Shown here in pieces: positions 55,235 through 63,235 of a DNA stretch of 64,000 nt. The translations under genes and the position numbers were made by a program. The notes beneath the pieces were generated by a model. The model was not told the DNA's origin and searched no databases. It saw only the letters and a list, made by a program, of their open reading frames with translations. Source of the DNA: a virus; the IMG/VR virus record IMGVR_UViG_3300012920_000031, positions 4,061-68,060 of that record; one strand, written 5' to 3'. Numbering within the stretch: position 1 is the stretch's first letter; each line of letters begins with the position of its first letter.

Positions 55235-55665
55235 ATCGTCACCAGAAAAAATGACAGTGCGCCTACAAGAATACCAATAGAAGCTGGAGCTATCCATCCA
55301 AACTTCTGCTGTTGTATTAGGGCGTTTTCTATTTTAAGATTTTCTGACTTTAGAGCTTCAATAGTATCTTCTCTTGTTTGTACTTCATATTGCATCTCTG
55401 CTTTTAGTTTCCCTACTTCCAAGTCGTATGTTGCCCCTAGTTCTTCAGCTTGTCGCAATAACTTTATTCTACACCTAGCTTCTTGCCCTTCTCTCTCCAC
55501 TAGGATTGAAGCCATGGCTTCTGCATCGAAACACCATCCTGACCAGGGTATTATCTGACCCTTCCCAAGTTGAACATATTTGCCGGGCTGTGCAAAGGCT
55601 GCAGTAGTAAAACTAAGAATCAGAAGTAAAACCAAACAGGTCTTCAATCTTTTTGCTAATTTCAT
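55231..55665 (-). CDS. Exported coiled-coil membrane protein, putative spanin partner
   Basis: Signal peptide ending AFA|Q, coiled coil, C-terminal TM helix; overlaps the upstream gene by 53 bp. Confidence 0.55.
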   Translation of the reverse strand: MKLAKRLKTCLVLLLILSFTTAAFAQPGKYVQLGKGQIIPWSGWCFDAEAMASILVEREGQEARCRIKLLRQAEELGATYDLEVGKLKAEMQYEVQTREDTIEALKSENLKIENALIQQQKFGWIAPASIGILVGALSFFLVTM

Positions 55666-56002
55666 CAGGTTTTTCCTTTGCTTGTTTGACAATTTCTTTT
55701 ACTCTCTTCTTTTCTTTTCTAGAAAGTTCTTGCTCTTTCTTGTTATACTTTTCTTCTATTTTAGCAATAGTTTCTCTATATTTTAAATTTAGTTCTTCTA
55801 TTTTTTCACGTTCGATCTTGTGCTGCTTTTTCAAAGAATTGATCTGAGCCTCGTAAGATTCCTTGTTAGCCTCCATTGCAGCGATTGCGGCAGATGAATT
55901 TCTCCTAGAAATAATCCAAACTATGATCGACCACACTGCTAAAGCAGCAGTCTTCCAGTTTTTTTTGAGACATGCCCAAAATATTCTTAGCTTCAGTATC
56001 AC
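55613..56002 (-). CDS. i-spanin (Rz)-like protein
   Basis: GTG start; N-terminal TM (TAALAVWSIIVWII) followed by long coiled coil; next to holin-like gene. Confidence 0.55.
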   Translation of the reverse strand: MILKLRIFWACLKKNWKTAALAVWSIIVWIISRRNSSAAIAAMEANKESYEAQINSLKKQHKIEREKIEELNLKYRETIAKIEEKYNKKEQELSRKEKKRVKEIVKQAKEKPDEISKKIEDLFGFTSDS

Positions 56003-56199
56003 TGTTTGCCATGCTTCCACTGTACTGCAAGATCGACCAATGCTTGTGATCCAATGTATGCTAGCGTTACCGCTACCCAATCACCACTAGTCACTGTTCC
56101 ATATACACAGAGTGCAGTTGCCGTTATCCAAGCTAAGAACTTACGAGAGATAAATCTCTCTGTATATTTGTCTGCGAATGCTTTTATTGCTGTCACCAT
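55999..56199 (-). CDS. Holin-like small membrane protein
   Basis: 66 aa, SRKF motif, two TM helices, charged C-terminus; AGGAGG SD. Confidence 0.6.
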   Translation of the reverse strand: MVTAIKAFADKYTERFISRKFLAWITATALCVYGTVTSGDWVAVTLAYIGSQALVDLAVQWKHGKQ

Positions 56200-56207
56200 G
56201 AATCCTC

Positions 56208-59200
56208 CTATATGTTTACGTGCGCATAGCCGTTTCTTTTCTCGATATTTATCTGCATATCTACACAGTCCTTTAGACTGTCTAAATGCGAAATAAGAAG
56301 AACAGTCTTGAAATAACCCTTGACCATATCTAAAATACGTACAAAGCCTTCCATATTTTCTTCATCGAGAGCAGTTCCTGGCTCGTCAAGTATAAATAGG
56401 TCGGACTTTGGTAAACTGGACACAGTTAAGAACGCGAGGCGAATTGCCATGCTTGCAATAGTCTTCTCTGCTCCGGACCCCATCTCCAATGGACGAGGGT
56501 CGTGACTCGGATGTTTAATGAAGATGTCTAACTTGTCCTCGTTGTTAGAAATGAATACCTCAAACTCTACAATATTAGTCAATATCTTAGATATCTCTTG
56601 ATTGATATAAGGCAACCTTTCTTTAATAATTTCATAAGAAACTCCGTTAGGATGACAACAGACCATAAAAAGATGATAAGCTGCAAAGTCTTTTTCTAGT
56701 TCACGGAATTCTTGCTGCTGCTCTTGTGTGTGCGATAGCTTCTGCTCAGAAGACCCGTGCTTCTTATGCAGCTGCATAATCTTCTGCTCGCATAAGTTCA
56801 TTTCTTTCTCTTTATCTCTGGACTGTTCTTCTAGTTTCTCTCTGTCTGACATCAATTGTTTTAAATTTTCAATTGCTTCTTTGTTCTCCTCATACTCTGT
56901 TGCTTTGTTTTTAAGTTGATCAAGTTCAATCTGTTCCTTAAACAAGAGACTATCTGCTCGTTCAATAATTAAATTACTAGTTGTTATCGAGTTTGCAAGA
57001 TTATCTCTTTTTTCAATTAGAGCATCGTATTTCTCTATGTATTTATTTACCTTGGTCATTTCTTCATGAGAGATATCTTCGCCAATGGCATTGATTTTTT
57101 GCACAACTGAAGATATTTCTTCTGTTTTTGTTTCGATGGTCTCCCCAATAAGTGGATGACAACTAGTACAAACCTTATCTTGCTCTGTTACTAACAAACT
57201 TTTCTGCAAAGATAAACTTTCTAAAAGTAAAATTAACTCACTTAACTCGTCATTGACCTTTGTAAAAGACTGTTTCTTTTTCTTATACTTTTCTATCTCA
57301 AAATCTTTTAAGAAGTCTTCAATCTTTTCATACTTGGTTTTATCCTCATCGATGTTTTTTTGCGCGTCAGTTTTCTTGGCGTTTATCTGTAGGATAGCTT
57401 TCTCTTTTTGCGATATCTTGTTAGCCGTCAAAACAGGATCGATAATTTCTGCAGGTACTGAAGATATCTTGTCTTCCAGCAGGCCAACTTCTTTCGTCAA
57501 CTCTGTCATCTCTTCCTTAAGAGAAATACAGATTGCCTTGTTCTTTTCAATGGCCAATTCGCTTTTGATAATTTCAGCCTTGATATCTTTAATATTTGTA
57601 TCAAAGTCGATACCCTCTAGACGCCTTAAGGCAACCTTTATATCGGCCGAAGCTTCTTTTGCCATCTTAAACTTCTTATCAAAGATTTCTAGGTCTAAAA
57701 ACTTTGCAAGAAACTCTTTCCTCTTAGTCGAACCTTCATTGATGAATGAGAGGGAGTCTAACTGAGAAGCCATTGAAGTTGCTAAAAAGTCTGGTAGTGT
57801 GCCAAAATACTTTCTTACATTCTTGTCCGTATCTTGCCTAGACGTGCCATTTAAGCCTGTGTGGTTACCAATAGAGTCTTGCGAGTAAAACTCTAGGTCA
57901 GTTGTTGCTTCTTGCGTCTCAACGCCCTTTAAGCGCTTTGTATACTTATTAGACTTACGTTCAATAATATAATTTGTATCATCTACTTTGATTGTTGCAG
58001 TTGCGGTGCAATTATCTTTATTTTGATTAATAATGTTTAGATTTTTACGAATAGATTTGGAAGTAGAGTTATACATAGAATAGAGTAAAGTATCTACAAT
58101 AGAAGACTTACCCGAGTAATTCTTTCCAAAAATACCTACAATACCCTCTAATTTTGTAAAGTCTATAGTATTACCTTCTCCATAATTGAACAGATTGTCC
58201 CATTCTAAACTTTGAAGAGACCAGTTAACGTTCCGCATGACATCTTCATTTTCTTCAATCTGCTTATTGAATTCCTTATTTAGTTCATAGACTTTCTCTA
58301 AAACTTCCTCTGTCGCTTCATACTCTTTTAGGTATTCGGACATTAGAGCTTCCTGAGTTTTCAGGTCTCGCAAGTCTTGTTTCTGCAAGCCTTCAGGAGC
58401 AGCAACTTTGATTTGTTTACCGGCTGCTCGATTAAGATAAGTCACTGACTCTGGATTGTACTTAAACTTTGCTATATCTACAGCCTTACGGACCTTGTCT
58501 AAGGATACATTACTTTCAGACACAATACGAAGCCTAGCTCCCTCTGGTGGTTTCGCCCTGGGGAGATTACCCTTCTCGCTTAGAGTAAGTGTGACGAAAG
58601 GCTTGGGGTTGTCAAAAGTAATAAGTTTAGTAGTGAATTCATCCTTGCTTTCAATATCCCAAAGCAAATAGCCTTTGTCCAAAGTCTCTCCAAAGTTTTG
58701 CTGTACTGTTGAACCTGCATACCAAATGCGACCTTCTTTGTCTAGCTGCTGAGTCTTGTGAATGTCTCCTAGGAAACCAAAGTCAAACTCTTCAAAGATT
58801 TCGATACTATGGTCTCCCCCTAGAGTCCAATTACTGTCTGTCTTTGACTTGTCAATAGCTCCGTGATACAAAGCAATGTTGATAGCATCATAGTCAGATG
58901 GTTCTACCCAGTTCTCCTCGTCGAACACAGATAAAACATTCAAACAAAACTTATCATTGATCTTTACCTCTCCAGCATTCTTCAGTAGAATAAGGTTAGG
59001 ATTATTGATAGCTTTTGCAATAGGAGACAAAGCATCCTGTCTTGACCCATTGCGAAGGTTACCATCGTGATTACCTAAGATAACATAGGTCGGTGCGATG
59101 GCAGCTAAGTTCTCGAAGAAGTCCCTGCACATATCAACGAACTCTGGTGAGATCTGTGTCTTGGTGTGTGCAATATCTCCGCAGTGAATAATGTAATCCA

Positions 59201-59306
59201 CTTTTTCTTGTTTTAATGATTTGTATAATTGTTTGAATACTTCTTTGTATTCGAAGTGATATTTTAGATTTCGGATATGGGTATCCGCAATATGAGCAAA
59301 TCTCAT
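56208..59306 (-). CDS. Fused SbcD(Mre11)-SbcC(Rad50) nuclease/ATPase (gp47-gp46-like)
   Basis: ADTH, GD, GNHD, GDIH phosphoesterase motifs; GKNYSGKS, CTSC hook, GSGAE, ILDEP, LISH. Confidence 0.92.
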   Translation of the reverse strand: MRFAHIADTHIRNLKYHFEYKEVFKQLYKSLKQEKVDYIIHCGDIAHTKTQISPEFVDMCRDFFENLAAIAPTYVILGNHDGNLRNGSRQDALSPIAKAINNPNLILLKNAGEVKINDKFCLNVLSVFDEENWVEPSDYDAINIALYHGAIDKSKTDSNWTLGGDHSIEIFEEFDFGFLGDIHKTQQLDKEGRIWYAGSTVQQNFGETLDKGYLLWDIESKDEFTTKLITFDNPKPFVTLTLSEKGNLPRAKPPEGARLRIVSESNVSLDKVRKAVDIAKFKYNPESVTYLNRAAGKQIKVAAPEGLQKQDLRDLKTQEALMSEYLKEYEATEEVLEKVYELNKEFNKQIEENEDVMRNVNWSLQSLEWDNLFNYGEGNTIDFTKLEGIVGIFGKNYSGKSSIVDTLLYSMYNSTSKSIRKNLNIINQNKDNCTATATIKVDDTNYIIERKSNKYTKRLKGVETQEATTDLEFYSQDSIGNHTGLNGTSRQDTDKNVRKYFGTLPDFLATSMASQLDSLSFINEGSTKRKEFLAKFLDLEIFDKKFKMAKEASADIKVALRRLEGIDFDTNIKDIKAEIIKSELAIEKNKAICISLKEEMTELTKEVGLLEDKISSVPAEIIDPVLTANKISQKEKAILQINAKKTDAQKNIDEDKTKYEKIEDFLKDFEIEKYKKKKQSFTKVNDELSELILLLESLSLQKSLLVTEQDKVCTSCHPLIGETIETKTEEISSVVQKINAIGEDISHEEMTKVNKYIEKYDALIEKRDNLANSITTSNLIIERADSLLFKEQIELDQLKNKATEYEENKEAIENLKQLMSDREKLEEQSRDKEKEMNLCEQKIMQLHKKHGSSEQKLSHTQEQQQEFRELEKDFAAYHLFMVCCHPNGVSYEIIKERLPYINQEISKILTNIVEFEVFISNNEDKLDIFIKHPSHDPRPLEMGSGAEKTIASMAIRLAFLTVSSLPKSDLFILDEPGTALDEENMEGFVRILDMVKGYFKTVLLISHLDSLKDCVDMQINIEKRNGYAHVNI

Positions 59307-59336
59307 TTATTCTCCGTAAATGGTTATAGTATCTTT

Positions 59337-59365
59337 ATTGTATCAAAGTTGGTGTGTGGTGTCAA
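59337..59365 (-). promoter_or_regulatory. Sigma70-like promoter
   Basis: TTGACA-17 nt-TACAAT with TG extended -10. Confidence 0.8.
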
Positions 59366-59368
59366 GTA

Positions 59369-59599
59369 TTAATTCCAAGCGTCTGGGCATTGCATTTTAG
59401 ATTGCATAATTAACATTGCTCGTGTCTGTTTGCGTACTTCATCTGTTTCCTTAGCTTGTTCTCTTTGAAGTCGGGCCCGAAGTTTGGGATCTTTACACAG
59501 TCTATCAGTAAACTTATTTTGCATTTGTGCAGTAGTTTGTTCTGTTAATACGCTTTCAATCTCTTCTTTTATAATCTTAATAAGTTCTGACTTTTTCAT
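59369..59599 (-). CDS. Small protein with MKKSELIKIIKEE leader
   Basis: AGGAGG SD; shared N-terminal motif. Confidence 0.7.
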   Translation of the reverse strand: MKKSELIKIIKEEIESVLTEQTTAQMQNKFTDRLCKDPKLRARLQREQAKETDEVRKQTRAMLIMQSKMQCPDAWN

Positions 59600-59600
59600 A

Positions 59601-59771
59601 TCAAACCCTCCTTAGCCCCATCTCTTCCAATTGCTTTGGTGTAAGCTTTTCAAGGATAATCTCGAATGCTTTCTTTTCTGCTTCGGTAATCATGTTGAGA
59701 TCACCTGTTTCTGCCAAGTGGTTCATCTCTTCTGCGATGATTTCTTTTAGTCTTCTTTTTGTAAGTTCCAT
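59601..59771 (-). CDS. 56-aa protein with MELTKRRLKEIIAEE leader (not in ORF track)
   Basis: AGGAG SD; TAATG overlap; open frame to TGA at 59601-59603. Confidence 0.7.
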   Translation of the reverse strand: MELTKRRLKEIIAEEMNHLAETGDLNMITEAEKKAFEIILEKLTPKQLEEMGLRRV

Positions 59772-59968
59772 TATTGTGCTCCTGTTTTTGAGTCGATACT
59801 TTGCAAAACGGCAAGAATTTCTTTTAGAGTATCTACCATGCTCCTGTCGTTGAATTCATGACGTTTGGCGGCGTCACCCCTGTTGCCTGTGGTACCAGAG
59901 TACTCTTTTAGTACGAGTTGCTTTTGTAATTCTTCTTTTATTATCTTGATAAGTTCTGATTTTTTCAT
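59771..59968 (-). CDS. Small protein with MKKSELIKIIKEE leader
   Basis: ATG 59968 after AGGGGA; shared motif; late-type motif upstream. Confidence 0.7.
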   Translation of the reverse strand: MKKSELIKIIKEELQKQLVLKEYSGTTGNRGDAAKRHEFNDRSMVDTLKEILAVLQSIDSKTGAQ

Positions 59969-59978
59969 TATTGTTCCC

Positions 59979-60896
59979 CTAGAAGTCAAGTTTATAATGT
60001 AAATAGTCTAAATCGGATACAATGTCAGCATTTTGTTTGCGCTGTTCAACCACCTCTTGTGGCATTTCTCCGATGTCTGAATAGCCGCTGACGTCGATAG
60101 ACATAACCTTTATGCCATATTCTCTTAGTTTCTTTGCTATCCCGAACTCTTTTACTTTGACATCTTCGTCTAGGGCCAAGTAAACATCCGGTCGGTGTCG
60201 GCATATCTTTTGGAACAGTCTTGAGTTCTCTCGCAAGGTTGAACCGAGTAACGGTACAGCGTTCTTACACTTCATCGCATCGAATACACCCTCGGCCAGA
60301 ATCACATCGTCGTGCCAGTCGATGTTTAGGTCGTTGAAGATAATGTCTTTGCTGACTCTTGGGTTCTTGTATTTCATCCAGTCGTCCGTATACGACCTTG
60401 CAACAAAAAAATTGACGTTGCCATCATCGTCGAAGCTTGGAATGATGACCCTATCCTGATACTCTCCATAGTCACAGAAGCCAATCTTCCAAGTTAGTAT
60501 GTCTCTATCTGTAAAGCCGCGTGAGTAAAGGTATTCCAAGGCGCGCCTCTTTAGTCTTGTCTTTTTGCCTGTTAGTGTTTGGAAGTTTTCCGGCAGGTCA
60601 ATAATCTGTGGTGGCTCAGGTACATGTTCTGCAAAGATGGTGTCATACTTTGCGAGGTCGACCTCACCAGCGATAGAACGCCAGTCTGCATAATAGGCCG
60701 GTGCAAACCTGCGAATAAGCGGAGATATCTTTGTGCCAGAGTAATCACATATCCAACACTTGAACACATCTTTCTCTATATTTACTGATAATTTTAGTTT
60801 GTGGTGATTGCACTTTGGGCAGTGAAACTGGTGCTCGTCGTCATTAGACCAACAACGACCTAGGGCTTTCTTAAGTAGTTTGAGCTTCTCTGACAA
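59979..60896 (-). CDS. DNA primase (Zn finger + TOPRIM)
   Basis: CPKC..H, FKCWIC, YLYSRG, RVIIP, AEGVFDA, ALDED. Confidence 0.92.
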   Translation of the reverse strand: MSEKLKLLKKALGRCWSNDDEHQFHCPKCNHHKLKLSVNIEKDVFKCWICDYSGTKISPLIRRFAPAYYADWRSIAGEVDLAKYDTIFAEHVPEPPQIIDLPENFQTLTGKKTRLKRRALEYLYSRGFTDRDILTWKIGFCDYGEYQDRVIIPSFDDDGNVNFFVARSYTDDWMKYKNPRVSKDIIFNDLNIDWHDDVILAEGVFDAMKCKNAVPLLGSTLRENSRLFQKICRHRPDVYLALDEDVKVKEFGIAKKLREYGIKVMSIDVSGYSDIGEMPQEVVEQRKQNADIVSDLDYLHYKLDF

Positions 60897-61425
60897 GTTT
60901 ATCTCCTGCTAACGCGATTATAATACTGTCGCACATATCTAATGTACCGGGCTTTGGATTTCCATGTTTTGTATATTGTATCTCGATATCAGGGTATTTG
61001 TCAATAATAAATTGTAAAACCTTTTCTTTTGCGTTGTCACCGCGTTTGATACCAACGCCTGCTTGTTTGCGCGCTGATGTGGCTGCGATCATCTCTGGGT
61101 CTAAGCCGAATAAATCCCAGCACATCCAAGATACTATACCATTAAATCTTGATAATGTCGATAAAGTCTGCGCTGATGAAAATCCAGAGCGGAAGGAGTG
61201 AAGGGATTGTTCAATATAAATGTGAGAGATTTTGTATTCTGATGATAAAAATTCTAATTGACTTTTTACAAAATGTGCTTTTTTATAAATTGTTGGAAAA
61301 TACTTTTTGTTTCTTGTATCCCAAAAAGATGTTTTTAAAATTTTACCATCTTGAATTATTGTTGCTCCAGTGATTGATGTTGATATATCAAGACCTAGGA
61401 TACATTCTGTTGAAGAGTTGTTCAA
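60871..61425 (-). CDS. RuvC-like Holliday junction resolvase
   Basis: ILGLDISTSITG, YIEQ, AKEKV, DMCDSI; start uncertain. Confidence 0.8.
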   Translation of the reverse strand: MNNSSTECILGLDISTSITGATIIQDGKILKTSFWDTRNKKYFPTIYKKAHFVKSQLEFLSSEYKISHIYIEQSLHSFRSGFSSAQTLSTLSRFNGIVSWMCWDLFGLDPEMIAATSARKQAGVGIKRGDNAKEKVLQFIIDKYPDIEIQYTKHGNPKPGTLDMCDSIIIALAGDKLVREAQTT

Positions 61426-62032
61426 TTAAAGACTCCTTTGCTTGTTTGCTTGGTGCAAATAACCATTGCCACATAAAAGTTGATTTTATTCTATTTATCT
61501 CTTTTTTTATAGACATTATTTGTTTTTCTATTTTTGCAACACCTTCCTCGTCAATTTCTGGTAGTTCCAAATCTAACTCTTTACATATCGTATACAAAGA
61601 TGCAAAGTCTTCTTCCTCCAGTGCCCGGCGTGCTGTTTGATACATGTCTTTCTTTTTCTGCTTTTCCTCTTGCGATAGGTTCCCTAGTTTGTCCGGGTGC
61701 ACTTCCTTTGCAATAGATTTAAACATCTTCTTTATTTTTGGGTCCACGTCTTTACTTGCTGATAATGTTTCTTCTGCTGGGGGCAGCTCTGGCTCCTCTT
61801 GTTGGTCTTGTGCCTGCTCCCTTGCTTCTTTTATCTTTTCTTCATTTTCGTCTCCTGTGCTAAGACCTTTATCTGAATCGTTCTGTTTAGCTTTCTCTGG
61901 AAAGTATTTTTCATTGAAGGCTTTTTGAAATTCCTGATCTGCATAGTGTGCAGTCTCTCTGGTTATTACAAGTTCTTCCTTAAGACCAGACAGGCGAATC
62001 ATCAAGAACTTTGCTTTCTTATTCAGCAACAT
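61388..62032 (-). CDS. J-domain (DnaJ-like) co-chaperone
   Basis: IKKMFKSIAKEVHPDKL with HPD motif. Confidence 0.8.
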   Translation of the reverse strand: MLLNKKAKFLMIRLSGLKEELVITRETAHYADQEFQKAFNEKYFPEKAKQNDSDKGLSTGDENEEKIKEAREQAQDQQEEPELPPAEETLSASKDVDPKIKKMFKSIAKEVHPDKLGNLSQEEKQKKKDMYQTARRALEEEDFASLYTICKELDLELPEIDEEGVAKIEKQIMSIKKEINRIKSTFMWQWLFAPSKQAKESLIEQLFNRMYPRS

Positions 62033-62033
62033 T

Positions 62034-63233
62034 CTAGAAGTCCATTCTGAGTTTAAATGTGTATTCTTTCAATTCTGTCTTTTTTACAGGATTTGCTAAT
62101 GTTGCAATTGCTATGAGATTTTTATTTTCATCATATATACCGATTTTTGAAATGTAAGTTATATTTTCAAACTCTTCATTGTGGCCAGCAAAAGTTGATT
62201 TCTTAATATTTTTTATTGTACCAGGAGTCTCCCTGTATACCGACCCCTGAGATATAGATGCAGACAGTTGGTTTTGATTTTCTATAAATGTAGGGTTATG
62301 TGAATAATTCAAGTCTCCTTGTTTTGCATGCGCCATCATAGTAATGGTAGGTATTTTGTTCGTGCCTCTAAACTTTACAAGATACTGTGAGTCATCATCT
62401 ATAGAGTGTGCAGTCTTAGAAGAAGCCGCACCTGGTTCGGCAATGCCTGTACCAAAAGATAGCCAATTAGGTTTAGAATTTACACCACTGAAGTATCCAT
62501 CCTGATGTGTTGCGTGCAAATCCCACGAACCAGTGAGAACAAAGATGCCATAATCATATAATGCAATTCCAGCTATAGAGCCCGAGTTTGTTCCATAAGT
62601 TTGTATCAGTTCTCCATTCTTTTTCGTATCTTGGAGTCTTGCCACTAATGTTCCTGTCAAGTAAAAATCTAATTGCACCGAACCTTTTTCAACTTCAGAT
62701 CCGTAGAAGATAGATGGGACACAAATTAAATTTACATTTGATGTGCCCAACGAACCATATGAAAACCTTTCACTAAGATCATCACTATGATTGATTGGAT
62801 TCTCTAATGCTGTGATATATTTTTTATTTGCATGAACTGCAGGCGCTTGGTTTCTAAAGTCAATAATTTGATGCTCTGTCCCTGACGGTACGTATATTCT
62901 ACTTATACTGGCAGAGTAAGGATAGGGCATTGTTGTTGAGTCCCCATAAGCTGTTCCTGCGAATTCAGAACTACTAACAGTTTTAAACGTTGTTCTATTA
63001 CCATCCTTTGTCATAAAAGCTCTTACAAGCTTACCAGATGGTCGATTGACATTTAGCTCATATAAAGATATATGACCTTGTGAGACGTGGTTTATTGTAT
63101 TTGAAAAATTACCACTTTTAGCAGATTCGCGATTATAATAAGTGTCCCCAGAATATATAAAGAATTCAACTTCTGGATGTGCTTCGATGGTATTGTAAAA
63201 CACATCATCTCTTGAAAACTTCTTGAAAGACAT
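62034..63233 (-). CDS. Virion structural protein (baseplate/fibre-attachment type)
   Basis: C-terminal NYSHNPTF...YISKIGIYDENKNLIAIATLANPVKK...F.LRMDF; paralogous to next gene. Confidence 0.65.
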   Translation of the reverse strand: MSFKKFSRDDVFYNTIEAHPEVEFFIYSGDTYYNRESAKSGNFSNTINHVSQGHISLYELNVNRPSGKLVRAFMTKDGNRTTFKTVSSSEFAGTAYGDSTTMPYPYSASISRIYVPSGTEHQIIDFRNQAPAVHANKKYITALENPINHSDDLSERFSYGSLGTSNVNLICVPSIFYGSEVEKGSVQLDFYLTGTLVARLQDTKKNGELIQTYGTNSGSIAGIALYDYGIFVLTGSWDLHATHQDGYFSGVNSKPNWLSFGTGIAEPGAASSKTAHSIDDDSQYLVKFRGTNKIPTITMMAHAKQGDLNYSHNPTFIENQNQLSASISQGSVYRETPGTIKNIKKSTFAGHNEEFENITYISKIGIYDENKNLIAIATLANPVKKTELKEYTFKLRMDF

Positions 63234-63235
63234 TT

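Noticed and set aside
855-61928. Numerous plus-strand ORFs and short alternative-frame minus-strand ORFs in the track
   Set aside because: They are antisense or out-of-frame shadows of well-supported minus-strand genes, with S/F/I-rich mirror composition and no recognisable motifs.
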